A DNA stretch of 64,000 bases from Gonapodya sp. JEL0774. Its lineage: Eukaryota. Of this stretch, positions 12,257-24,689 are shown piece by piece. A program made the position numbers and the translations under genes. The notes under the pieces were generated by a model. That model had not been told where the DNA came from, searched no databases, and worked only from the letters and a program-made list of their open reading frames with translations. Within the stretch, counting starts at the first letter, position 1; each line of letters opens with the position of its first letter. The stretch is from the NCBI GenBank assembly GCA_027604505.1, contig JADIIX010000010.1, positions 62,001 through 126,000 of the forward strand. The letters are read 5' to 3'.

Positions 12257-14755
12257 GGCGGAGAGCAGAGGGAAGAGCAGGGCACACGTGGTCGGGGGAT
12301 CAGTGAAGATATCCGTATTTTAAGTGAGCGCGGTCAATATGCTACGAAAAGCATCGCGCGCGGGGAGAGGATCGGAACGGTGATGGGATAACTCTTTATA
12401 GTCACTATGCGCATTGCCGAAGCAGTTGGGAGACACGCTTCACTGCCTTCTGAGACCACCAGACCTCACACCGTATATATTTTGAATCGAGCCTTTGAAA
12501 AGGAAATAGAAGAGTCACAGTGGAGGGGCCTGGCTCTGTGACGTCAACGAATTTGGCGCAGTATTGGTGTGAAATGTATAAAACACCATTGCATAAAAGT
12601 TCTCGCTCATGTTACAGGTTCGATACCCAGAATGGTTTCTCAATCTTGTGTCTCGTCCAGAATGTTGTGCAACCAACACCTGTATGGGGAACACGCGGTC
12701 CCAACTCGACTTCGTATTCCCTTCCCTTTCGATTGATCCCTCGAAACCTCAATTGCAATAATGATAATAGGAGAATCCAATGGCAAACATCTTGTATTCT
12801 CTGGTGTTCTCTGTCGGCGGTGGAGTAGAAGAAATGCGCAGCAAAATGCTGCGCATCGTGGTGCTGCTGAATTGTGGTGCTGCGGAGACATATACAAAAC
12901 CCCTGGCACTGAGGCGTGCCCGGTCACACTCCCTAGGGGTATAAAAGGGCACAGAATCTTGAGTTTGGCATTCTTGCACGAGAGCACAAGTGTCGCAGTG
13001 AGGTTCTTACCGAGCGCACTTTATTGCTGGTTGAAAACTAATTCCATAACCCGTCACACGCTCTGGAAACGGAGCGGGTGGCAATTTTTGGATTTCCTTC
13101 TTCGTCAAGTTGACGATGATTTTTCACTTGCCAAATATGAAAACCAATGAAAACTCCGCACCCGGAAGGGAAGAAAAGATTGAGAATACCAAGAACCAAC
13201 AATTTATAGGATGCTTCTAGTAGTTCTTAGTTTTGTAGGCGATTGAAGTGAGCGACATGAAGAGAAGAAGTTGGAATTGCCACAGTGCTGCGCAACCTTC
13301 GTTCTAAGAACTGTTCCACCCTTCTCATGAATGTGAATCGTCCTCCCTCCACATTCATCTCTCCGAAGATATGTATTGTGGTCTCCGAAGATGCCATCCA
13401 CTCATTCGTGACATTTGTTATATCAAAACTGGACGATGCTGCGCGTTCCGACTCGGCGAATGTATTCCTACAGAAGACGCTGGAAAGGGATAGATTTACT
13501 GGATTTCATTCAAAGTCGGGGCCTTTTCCTTCTCTTTTAACACAATCACTCAAGGATGTTCTGATTCTCGAAAGACGGAGACTCACAAATATGAGATGCC
13601 ATGCCAATCCCCAACTCAATTGTTTCAACCGGATTCTAGCAAAGAAATGAAGATTCCCCATGATGACGGGAAGCGAGGTTAGTCAGGAGGGGCTGGTCGA
13701 AGACAAAAGAAGCAACCGAAACAATGCATTTCGTGGTCGTGGAACTGTACCCGCACAAAAGCACGTGTTACTTCCCGCATCGAGATGCTCTGATCGCCCA
13801 GATTCGCCGTCTCTTGTCTCTATACCTGTTGGCAAATCATGGGGGAGTCCCAAGCAGTCGACACGACGACACCCAGATGTCCATATGCTAAGCCCCACCA
13901 TGTTACATTTTTCGACGCAATAGACTTGAGTCCTTCCGATATCGGAATGAAGCCGGTGTTTCGTGGAAAGTGCTGGACGGAGTCTCCTAAATAGAGTGAT
14001 CCGCGAGTCTGTTCCAAGAAGACGAGCCGTCAACAGCGATGAAGCTACCAAGGCGGGCGCAGACTCAAGCACGGCTTAAGATGAGGCCTTACCTTTCTTG
14101 ATCGTTCCAATACACTCTCGAGTCGCCTTCCGTGCGTACCTGCATCATCCGCAAGTGAAGGCGGAACTAGTCGTCATCCACAAGAGCAAAAAAAAAAACG
14201 AATATACGCATCGAGTAGAATACACTACGTCGGGATGGATTCTGGTTTTGGGGGCACTCCTCCCCCCGATTATGTCCGAACCAGTTACCACAAAGACTGC
14301 TGCACGTGAGCTTCACAGGTGGAGTTGGCTGTACCTAGACTGGCTGTCCGTAAACGACGGGTCCAGCACACTTGGTTCAATTAAGAATCACACGGGCTCG
14401 ACTGTCATCAGGGATAAGCTGACACCATTCTTGCTTGGGAAAACGGCCCTCTACATGTGGGACTCCTGGAAGCTCTATCGTACGAGCAATAGTTCCGACT
14501 TTCTAGTACTAATTTGAGGTCATAGTCGTTTAAACTTCTTAGTTAACGAAGGAGAAGTGTATTACAACCTCGAAATTAGACAGAACCGAACAGCACGTAC
14601 CTTACTTCAATTTCGATTTTCATGTATACACATAACGCACCTAAAAAGGCAGCAGAAACGTGGTCGAATTCGACGATTTTCTCCTTTGACCGCAGCCGCG
14701 TCCTTGGTATCGTCAACTCAATCCCATCATCTACGAATCATCTTTACCGAAAAAG

Positions 14756-16757
14756 ATGGCAACTCCACCTGAGCCCAGCAGCACGCTGGCAGCTACCGCC
14801 TCTACTGCCAACCATGCCAACCATCTGTCCTCAAACCCGAAACACAACTCGTACCAGTCCCCACTCACATCTCGATATGCGTCGCCGGAAATGTCGTACA
14901 ACTTTTCAGATATGAAAAAGTGAGTGACATCCTACTCAATTTATGTCTTTTATGAGACTTGTGCGCTAGAACGAAGGAGTTGACGGTTCCCCGTACTCAT
15001 CATTTTTTTCACTTGCCTTCAAACACTCTCAAATTCCCAACCCCAGATTCTCCACTTGGCGAAAACTTTGGATCGCTCTTGCAAAGTCCGAACTGGCCCT
15101 TGGCCTTACAGATATCACACCGTCTGCAATTGCCCAAATGGAGTCGCACATTTACGACATCGATTTCGAACTCGCCGCCAAGGAAGAGAAAAAGAGGCGG
15201 CACGATGTAATGGCCCATGTACACACATTTGGAGTGGCGGCTCCAGAAGCGGCGGGAATTATTCATTTGGGTGCCACCAGTTGTTTCGTCGGGGACGGGT
15301 ATGAGCTTATTTCGATTCGGTGAGTGACCACCTGACAGAATTGGAGCAAGAATGTGGATTGCGCAGTCTCGCTCTTAATAGACGGGAAGATAGCGGGTTA
15401 TTGAGAGTCTGTTCGAGCCAATGGTGGATAGGTCGATGAGGGACATCTGTTTGGTCTTATTGATGCTACAAGATTACGGGGACCGTTCTCGATGACTTCC
15501 AAAATTCAACTTTGGAAATAACATATTGGTCGATACCCCAATCTGACCCTACATACTCCCTGTAAACCGTCACCCAGAGATGGCTTCGAAATCATCATCC
15601 CCAAATTGGCATCATGCATTCACAAACTCTCCCTTTTCGCCGACAAATACCAGGCTCTTCCCACTCTGGGTTTTACTCACTTCCAGCCCGCCCAGCTCAC
15701 CACGGTTGGCAAACGGGCGTGTTTGTGGATCCAAGATTTGTGCATGGACATGAGGAATTGGCAACGTGTGAGAGGAGATTTGAAGTTTAGGGGCTGCAAA
15801 GGGACGACTGGGACGCAAGCGTCGTTTCTGACGTTGTTCGACGGCGACCATGAAAAGGTGGAGAAGCTTGACGCTATGGTCACCGAGTTAGCTGGATTTG
15901 AGTCGTCGTATGCGGTGACCGGTCAAACGTACCCTCGGAAAGTGGATTTTGACGTGCTCGCCGTGCTTGCTAGTTTTGGAGCATCAGCACACAAGATCGC
16001 TACCGACATCAGATTGTTGGCAAATTTGAAGGAGTTGGAAGAACCCTTTGAGAAGGATCAGATTGGTAAGTTCTTGGTTGCGATTCCGGTCGCGAATGGA
16101 TGACTAAATTGGCTTTCACCATCTTCTCATGTTTCGAACATGTTCCCCCGTGACCCAGGTTCCTCTGCCATGGCCTATAAGCGCAACCCCATGCGCTCCG
16201 AACGCGTCTGCTCACTTTCTCGCCACCTCACCTCTCTTCTTGCAAACCCTGCGGCCACCGCTGCCACCCAATGGCTCGAACGCACACTGGATGACTCTGC
16301 AAACCGCAGAATCACGATCCCAGAGGCATTCCTCACTGCAGACATCGTACTTTCGCTGTTGCAGAACATTTTTGGCGGATTGGTAGTGTATCCCAAAGTT
16401 ATCGAGAGGAGGATCAAGCAGGAGCTGCCTTTCATGGCTACGGAGAACATTATCATGGCAATTGTGAAGAAAGGTGGGGATAGACAGGAGGCTCACGAGA
16501 AAATTCGGGTACTCTCCCAAGAAGCGGCCAGACAGGTTAAGGAACTGGGGCTGGAAAATGATCTGATTGAGCGCATCAAGAACGATGCCTACTTCCAGCC
16601 AATCTGGCCCGATTTAGACAAACTGTTAGACCCGGGCACTTTCACTGGGAGAGCGACGGAGCAGGTTGTTGGATTTTTGGCGGGGCCAGTCAGAGAGACT
16701 TTGGCGCCGTTTGAAAGCCTTCTAGCCAAGGTGAGGGAGGAGGATGTGAATGTATAG
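14756..16757 (+). CDS. ADE13: Adenylosuccinate lyase, 4 exons
   Basis: [71 protein letters not shown]. Confidence 0.98.
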
Positions 16758-17272
16758 AGAAGTGAGCTGGTGAGTAGGACTTGATAATTAGCGCTCTCCC
16801 ATGTAGAGGAGTTGAGGACAAATGGTCCTGGAGTTCGTAGGCATATGTAATAATTTCACGTCGTTGAAGCCGGTTTCAATACATCACACTATGTCCGCAC
16901 AATCGGGATCTGAAATGATTCACTGATTCGCTTCACCATCGAAAGTCTCAACTTTATTATTATTATTGGAGTCAAATACATTTGCGCAGCTCAACGTGAC
17001 TGAAATTTCAAACGGCTATTGTGTGTGGAATCATTGGGGTATGTGTCATGTAAACGAAGTCGAGGACCCAACCAACCGAAATGAAATCAAATATTCAAGA
17101 ACAAGCTTGGTGCCCGGCCCTGATCATAAACATCAAGTAGCGTTCCCATTTTGAGTTATGGAGGATCACTATCCACCAGCCCACCGTGACCGTGTCTTCC
17201 ATCACCGCTGGAGCTGAGAGTCTTGGAACGCCAGGGGTTGTCTATGCTCGAAGCATCGGAGTTGTCACCAAG

Positions 17273-19753
17273 CTAAAGGGCGGCCATGGGCATCAGTTTC
17301 CCTCCACTAGTTGTACCATATTGCTTTGTTCCACTCACAGGAAACAGTAAATCTGTGATCCTCATGCCTCTAGGTTCATCACCAGTCCCACTATGCGACC
17401 TCGAGTGTTCCGACATTCCAGCCATCCCTACCGCAGAAGCAGGCAACGGAGCATAGAATGACATCCCCGAACCACTCTCCTGGCGCTTAGTATCCAAACC
17501 GGATGAATATGTCATAGGCGAAACGAAGTTTGCTCCACGAGAAGAATATGGGCTTGCTTCGGGGAGGAGAGCCGGCGTGATAGGAGGAACGTTTTGCAGG
17601 AAAGAGAAGCCTCCAGAGTAGGTGATGTTACCAAAGAATGAATTGAGGTCGGGAGAAATAGGAGGGCTTTGAAGGAGGTGAGCAGAAGGAGGGGAGGGTG
17701 CATTTGATTGAGAAATGAAAGAATTCGCGGTTCCCGACACTGTGCTGTACGACTCAACACCAGAGGATCCAGCTGTGGTGGTGGCAGGAGTAAGCGCAGG
17801 TGAGAGACCTATGGAAGGAGGTAAGCTATGCGGCAAAGGAGGTGGGAAGTGGTTGGTCCGAGGTGGTGCGGTTGGTTGCAGACGAGGTGAAATCGTTGAG
17901 ATTGGGGGTAGGACGTGAGACTGGAGGAGAGCTGATTCGCCCGGACCCGCGATAGGAGGTAACCTCGGCATAACGAACTCAGACATGTCCGTTGGAGCGG
18001 CAGAGCTTGTCTGGTCGTTTAATTTCGGCTCTCTCGGATCACGGCTATCACTCCCATCCATCCGCATTGCAAGATAGTGTTCATCCTTGCCCTGATCGAT
18101 ACTCGCCTCAGATGATGATTGTCCCGAGTCCCTCTGTGACTCAGCTCTGGAAGCATTTAAAGCTGCTCGCGCCAGTTCGAGCATAGGCACCTCAGTTCCA
18201 TGAGACTCCTCAAAAGGGATGGAGGAGTTGTTGATTCTCATAGATACAGGTTCATGTTCTGCATCGGAGCTCGAACCATCGTCTTCAGAATATTCGTCCA
18301 CATGGTACTCAGTATTTGATGATCGAACTGCAGCCGCAAGAGGAGCTTCATCGACTAAATGCTCTGGTGTAACTCCCCTCTGTCCTTTCCGCCGTTTCCT
18401 CCCTCTCGGGCTCTCCCCAGCAACCGAATCGTCCATTTTCCTCCTCCTTTCACCGCTCTTTTCTGGTTCATCCTCTGTGTGTCTCGATGGCGCTCGCCGA
18501 GGGGGAACATCGGGCCCTGTCAAGCCGAGGGGGATTTTCGAACTAGCTGAGGCCGGACGAGATTTAGAAGCCTTGCCCTGTTGAAAAGTTTGCTCGAGTA
18601 GTTCAGTTTCACTATGGGAGTTCGGTGTACCTGGACTGGGAGCTTCAGAGTTCTTGCCCACATCTTGGTGCAGTTGGTGTTGGATGCGAGTCCAGACAGC
18701 GGAGTCAACCATTCGCTGAGACACTTTTGACTGAGGATTTTGGTGGGATCGGATGTGCTTCTTTAAAGTATCGGAGCGTCCAAAGGGTTTTCGGCATTCT
18801 GAAAAGAGCGAAAGGTTGGACAGTTAACGCTCAATGTCGCTTAGAGCGATGCACGATTTCCCACTGTTTTGATTCGCTAGATTTCTCATCACCACGGTCA
18901 CATCACGGCTGCAGGAAGTCTCACCTGGCACGGGACACACATACGTGGTCGACGAGGAATGTGCACTTCGTACATGTCTGCTGAGATGACTTGACCTCGA
19001 AAAGTCCTTATCGCACCCATCTATGGGACAAGGATAGGTCCTAGGGCGGCTAGTCCGATGCGCTTCAGCCTTGGACCGGTGAGTCTGCCTGCGAAGAGAG
19101 TGTGAAGGTACGTATGGGGCATGCATGTTACCCTGTGAGGGTGACCCAGTGCTGGGCTGAAAATCGGAGTCCGGCGAATCCGCGCTAGAGGACGGTTGTC
19201 TCCCGGAGCGCATGGTTCGGCGGCCCGAACCGCGTTTTCTACGAGATGAAGATCCACTAGGACGTGTTCCAGGCTCCCACTCTCCATCGTCACCCGAACT
19301 CTGGTGTTCGACGCCTGGATCCGAGGAGTCATCAGTCTCTGAAGAAGCATCGTCGCCATATTTCGAGACAGGCAATGCGGGAGGAAGGATGGAGGACGAA
19401 TTGGTTTGAGAGTGAGGATTGGAGGGATCTGGTGTTACTTTGATGCTCTTTGATTGGAGCTTCTGAAGTGAAATCGGCTCCTGGCATGGCATAGCTCCTG
19501 GCGGCACCCCTTGCATCATTTCTTGCTTGGCGAATCCTGCTGCCAGGCCCGACAGAGCCAGAAAACTGTCACTCTGCTGTCCATAGGAGTCAGGCCCTCC
19601 TGCCTGCGCGAAAGCGTGCATCTGCAAATGACGAGCGAAGTCATCGCTGGTTGCGAAATGATCGAATCCCGGAAAAATGATGCCAGTCGGGTTAGTAAAG
19701 TCGACAGGTGAGTACGAGTGGTCCCATTGCCAATCCAGAGGAACAGCAGCCAT
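17273..19753 (-). CDS. C2H2 zinc-finger transcription factor (2 fingers)
   Basis: YPCPIDGCDKDFSRSSHLSRHVRSAH, then YVCPVP|ECRKPFGRSDTLKKHIRSH across a GT-AG intron. Long S/P-rich flanks. Confidence 0.9.
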
Positions 19754-20807
19754 TTTCCCGGTCGAAGGGCGAGTTTCCAAGATTGCGTTGACCAATTAGT
19801 GAAGATAATTTTCAGAGGGAGGTTGGATTGGGCAGAGGAGGTGAGATTTAGGGGTGGATGTCTCAGGTGTGGCTCGAGATGGGATAATGAAGCAACCCTT
19901 CAGTTCCTCACCGAGTCGAAAATCTCTGGGTGCACTTGAGCCATTCACATCCTGCACGGCGAATCATAAAATAGGGAGAAGAACGGAGTGAGAATAATTG
20001 AAATTTTATGTGCTATCGTTGAAACTCACGAAAAGGGAAAATGTTGGCCATAGTTTGCGGGTAGCGATTTTGGTTCTGCTGCTTTGGATAAAGAGAGGAG
20101 GACGTTTGAGAATATCGTAACGGAGGTCCTGTTGGCGTCCGATGTTTAGTGTGTGAACCTCAAGCCTCATGCAAGCTCGGTCTGCTCCACATGAGAAGAC
20201 AAATCCGTAAACTCACGTGCCCGTTCGACACTTCACGCGAGTTCCCCTTCCCACCCAATCAAACTTCACAACTTCACGATGGCTCCCTCCTGGAATGGAG
20301 ATGTTCCAGCGCTCAATCGTGGAAACGTCGCCAGTGTTGCGACGTCGAAAAAGCACTCCGATGCAAAGCAAAAGCAGTGGATGCACAAGCGATGGTGCTT
20401 ATGAAGTTCAATGATTTGGTGAATGGTGAAGAAGTTGGGAGTGAAACGATGCACAGCACGTGCTGTGGCGAAGTGGGTGCACCCCAATCGCGAGATCCAC
20501 CTCGTGACTCGTGACACCACAAACCCATATGGGATTTGAGACGACAGCGTTCGCTCGCACCGTCGACCCAGCGGTGAATACATTGATAATTATTAGTGAA
20601 CCCCGTCAGTGGTGAAAAGTCGAAACGGTGGCAGAATAAGTCCTGCACCATCACCCTGCTAATACATGTGGTATTAAATGGAGGTTCTGAGAGTCAGGAA
20701 ATTCGAGCTATGTTATCGTTAGAATGGGGGGACGTTGTGAACGAGGACTTCAAATTTTGCCCGATAAGGATTGCCGACCATTCCAATTGCAATTCCATTC
20801 ATCTGAA

Positions 20808-22326
20808 ATGGACGCCAACCAGAAGCCCCAGAAGAAACGCCGCGCAGCTCCCGTCGAAGATATCCACTGTGACGTTCGTGGCTGTGGACGTCGCTTCTCA
20901 ACCAGGTTCGATCTCGGCGTCGTCGGCGTTTCCCATTTGTCGCACCTCGAAGTGAACGGAATCTCATCTGGGCGGTCGCCTTTTACACTTGATACTACGC
21001 AACAGGGGTCACTTGAAGCGGCATCTTCTCACTTTTCATTCGGACGAGCGTCCATACGAATGTGGTGTTGCAGGATGTCCTGCCCGCTTTTCTCGCCTGG
21101 TAAGCTATTTCTGGTTGATACCAAAAATTCAGAATCAGCTTCTGGCCGTCTCGAGTGTTCGTGGTAGCTGTGTTGCTATTCCTGGTGCTGCCATATGGAG
21201 CGAGGGTCAGGTGCTTTCGTTTGTTTCTAACCCCATTTCCTGTTATCCTTCCTCACAACCAAAGGACAATTGTCGCCAGCACCAGCGCGTCCATCGACGT
21301 TACGGAGACGCTTTGCCAAATCGCATGCGTGGCTCCATACGCAAGAATGTCGAGCAGCAGGGCCACATGACCGATGAAAGATCCAATCCAGGCTCGGACA
21401 GACACGACGATGCAGCGAGCACGCACGGACAGGCGAGCAGCAGGGAACGCTCAGTCTATCAACTCGACGGATCTCAGTCCAGCCATGACGGCGCCCGTCT
21501 TGACGTTTCCATCAAATCAGAGGGGTCCTCCCACTCTCCGGAAGGCCCATCCGCAGTGCCAGAACACGAACAAACCCAGAGCTACCAACACCACCGTGCC
21601 CTACAACCCCCAGTCTGGGTATCACATCCGATATGGAGCAATGGATTTGCACACAATGGGCATTCTGCTGCAGGGTTGCAGAGTATGTTCGGTGTGAGGC
21701 ATTACGCGCCAGCAGCTGGTGAAGGAGCACCACCGCGACCCGACGACCAGGCATGTGGGGGTTTTCGTGTGACTGATACCATTCCGGCTGCGTCACATGG
21801 ATCCGAGGGGCTAGACGCCCTTGCTTCTCAAGCCGTTCTAACGGAACAGCCTGTTGCCACAATTGCGGCAACAAGCCAACCGGTGGTTCACCTTCCTGCA
21901 CCAGCCTCAGAACCTCTCATGCAGCATCAATACGTACAGCTACAGCGAGGCTCTCCTTACTTGCCGTCTATATCTCCGTCCTTCTCCTTCTCATCACCAA
22001 TCACAACGCCGTCGACTCATCCCCACCAACTGCAGAGCCAAAACGGTGGTCAATTTCTTTTACTCGTTCCTGCAACGGGTGCTTACCTACAAGGACATGC
22101 AGCGCACACGCAGCCATATAGCACACAGTCATTCAGCGTCTACCAACCTGCTGTCATGTCGCCTGCTCTCAGTTCAACAGGATCCTTGAACCTATCAGTT
22201 ACCACTACATCCAATAACCCAAGAAATGGACTCTCTTATGCTGCGTCACTGACGGGGAATATGCACGAGCGAGGATCTTCCATGTCGTTGCCGGCAACTC
22301 ATTGGATGCCCGCGGGTAATCAGTAA
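20808..22326 (+). CDS. C2H2 zinc-finger transcription factor, Nrg1-like fingers, 3 exons
   Basis: Spliced CDVRGCGRRFSTRGHLKRHLLTFHSDERPYECGVAGCPARFSRLDNCRQHQRVH. The recognition helices resemble fungal Nrg1 (T.GHL.RH and R.DNC.QH). Confidence 0.88.
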
Positions 22327-22731
22327 CAGACTATGCGGTTTTAAGGAGCATCGAAAGTTGAAAGAGGCGGGTGGGGCTGGGACCTCGCACAATAGTTGAC
22401 GGGACTATAGTCCGTATGCGGCGGAGGTATACCCACACCATTCTGAGGAAATTAAAGGTCATATTTCTGCCAGAGTTAACTGCTAGAGCAATATCTTCTC
22501 AACTAATATCACTTGTAATTACAGGGAGAGCCAAAATATCAGAGAAACTTTTAATTTTAGAGACATTATGTCCTGAGCGGGGGCAACGACGGGCGTCTTG
22601 GACCAAAAGAAAAATGTTCTCGAATATATGTATTTGTGGTGCGAAAGGCACGTGATCATTCGTATGGCAAATGGCCTTGATATTTAGATGCAACGTGAGC
22701 GAAAGTAGTTACTAAAATTGTCGGATGAGCT

Positions 22732-24552
22732 CTAAATCTTGAACTTGAGGCCTGTTAAAGTCTCCGATATCTGTAAACACATTCCCACAGATAAAACAAA
22801 ACTAAGATCCTTCGTTTGTGACTCAAATATGCTCAAGTGCCCACCTGCCACAACTTGCTCCAACTCGACTTGTCGTTTGCCGCGGGATTTGGGTGTGGGT
22901 CGATGAGTCTCGGGTACCCACCAATGACCCCTACGAGACGATACCAGGAGGACTCGTTAACTCCCTGGTCTCGACCGCGACGCTGTCTTCACAACTCACC
23001 GTATTGGACACCGTTGGGACCGTAGAATTTCCCACCCTCGGCCTTGGGTGACGCTGCGGCGTAGAGGGCTGGCAAAGCGCCCATCGCGTAGCTCTGGGAC
23101 AGACCAGGCAAGCGCATAACGTAATTCAGAACAAAATTTTCGACGATACTCTGCGGGTTGTAGTGGATTAGGATCACAGAGAAACCACAGAAATTTAAGA
23201 TGAGAACAGGCATGGGAAGTGCAATGACCTGCTGAATGCCTTCACTGTACTGCTCACATCCTTTGAGCTTCGTTCCTGAAGTTGCCCGATGACAAGTCCG
23301 GGATGTACGGACATACTCCTCGGCTGCTTCAAACCGCTTTCCAGTACTCTCCTGTCAATTTCATTGGAGAAGGCCACATTCGCCAACTTGGTGAATCCGT
23401 ATTGTGCCCACTTATCGTATTTGGAGACCGCGTTGACCGTATCGGCATCCCAGGTGGCGGGGAATTTGCCCATGGCGATACCAGCAGAGGAGGACTGGTG
23501 GACGATCTGTTTGATCCAGTTTGGAAACGGGGCACTGTGTCGGCAAAGAGCATCACACAACGTTCCTTGAACTCACGCGACTACCCGGAGTTTTAGCAAG
23601 AACGTCAAAGAGCTTCTGAACAAGCGCAAAGTGGCCGAGATGGTTGACACTTTTGAGGTCAAGATCGCTCATTGGCAGAGTGTCTCGAGGTTGACAAATT
23701 TGACAGTTGCGGCCTCACCCAAATTGCATTTCGAATCCGTCTGCAGTGACTTCGCGTTTCGGGAGAGCCATCAAGCCTTTGAAATGTGTCGTTCCGCTCA
23801 GAAAGGCATATTAATCTCTAAAACGGCGGGTAGGCACTGCTTACCAGCATTGCAGACCAAAATATCCAGCTTCTCATACTTGGACTTGAATTCCTTGGCA
23901 AACTCATCCACGGACTGAAGGGAAGCGAGGTCTGGTGATCCAATAATCGACCATTAAAGAACAGCCTGCAGCGCGGGAGTCGGAAAGAAGAACCAACCCA
24001 ATTTCATGACAGTAACGGGCGCATCTGTCTTGCCAATAGATTTTTTGATGTCGCTTGCGGCCGCCTCTCCCTTCTCCACTGCCGACATATGATTTATCAC
24101 CACCACGCAAAAGAACAAAACTCGGTTCAACGGATATTGGGAAGTAGAAAAGCTCACCACCTCGAACTGCCAGAATCGTGATACATCCATGTGTTGCTGC
24201 ATTCATCAAGCCCCCAGGATTAAAGTGTGACTTGGGGAGATCTATTGAGAGCCGCAGCAGCTTACCGAGTTGTAGGGCGATTTCTTTCCCGAGACCAATC
24301 TTATCCGGCAAGAAAATGGGGGTTTGAGTGGGGCAAAATCATGCTCAGATAGTCACGTGAGCTCACATTAGAGCCAGTCACCACTGCGATCTTTGAGTCC
24401 AGTGAGATCGGATTCACCAGGGAAGAGATGGACAAGGGGGTGAGACCAATTCACACAAGATAGAATGACGCCACGAAAGTTCCGGCTCTCGACCAATTTA
24501 CTTTGTTGGCAAGGTCCGGGATGTCTTCGGCAGTCCATTTGGTTGAAGACAT
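22732..24552 (-). CDS. Short-chain dehydrogenase/reductase (retinol dehydrogenase/WWOX-like subgroup), many exons
   Basis: WTAEDIPDL, VVTGSN|IGLG, LDLASLQSV, LVCNAG, DGFEMQFG, catalytic YGFTK, SVHPG, GALPALYAA. Confidence 0.93.
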
Positions 24553-24689
24553 TGTGAAACGTGCGTTTACACGATGTTATTAGACTGGCTTTTATGTCGG
24601 GCTGTGGGGTGAGGAGTTAGCCCGTGGTCGCAACGCATCATCCAGAAAGTGCCGGCAGCCCTCTCTCAACACAATCACCTTCGATCAAT

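Noticed and set aside
13724..13891. Short frame MHFVVVELYPHKSTCYF, vaguely like a Ulp1 protease His motif of DNA transposons
   Set aside because: It is too short, has no accompanying Asp or Cys motifs, and I found no terminal repeats.
15433..15546. Possible box C/D snoRNA in ADE13 intron 2 (TCGATGA ... CTGA, with internal hairpins)
   Set aside because: The CTGAC lies about 30 nt before the 3' splice site and is better explained as the branch point. The terminal stem is poor and I recognised no rRNA-complementary guide.
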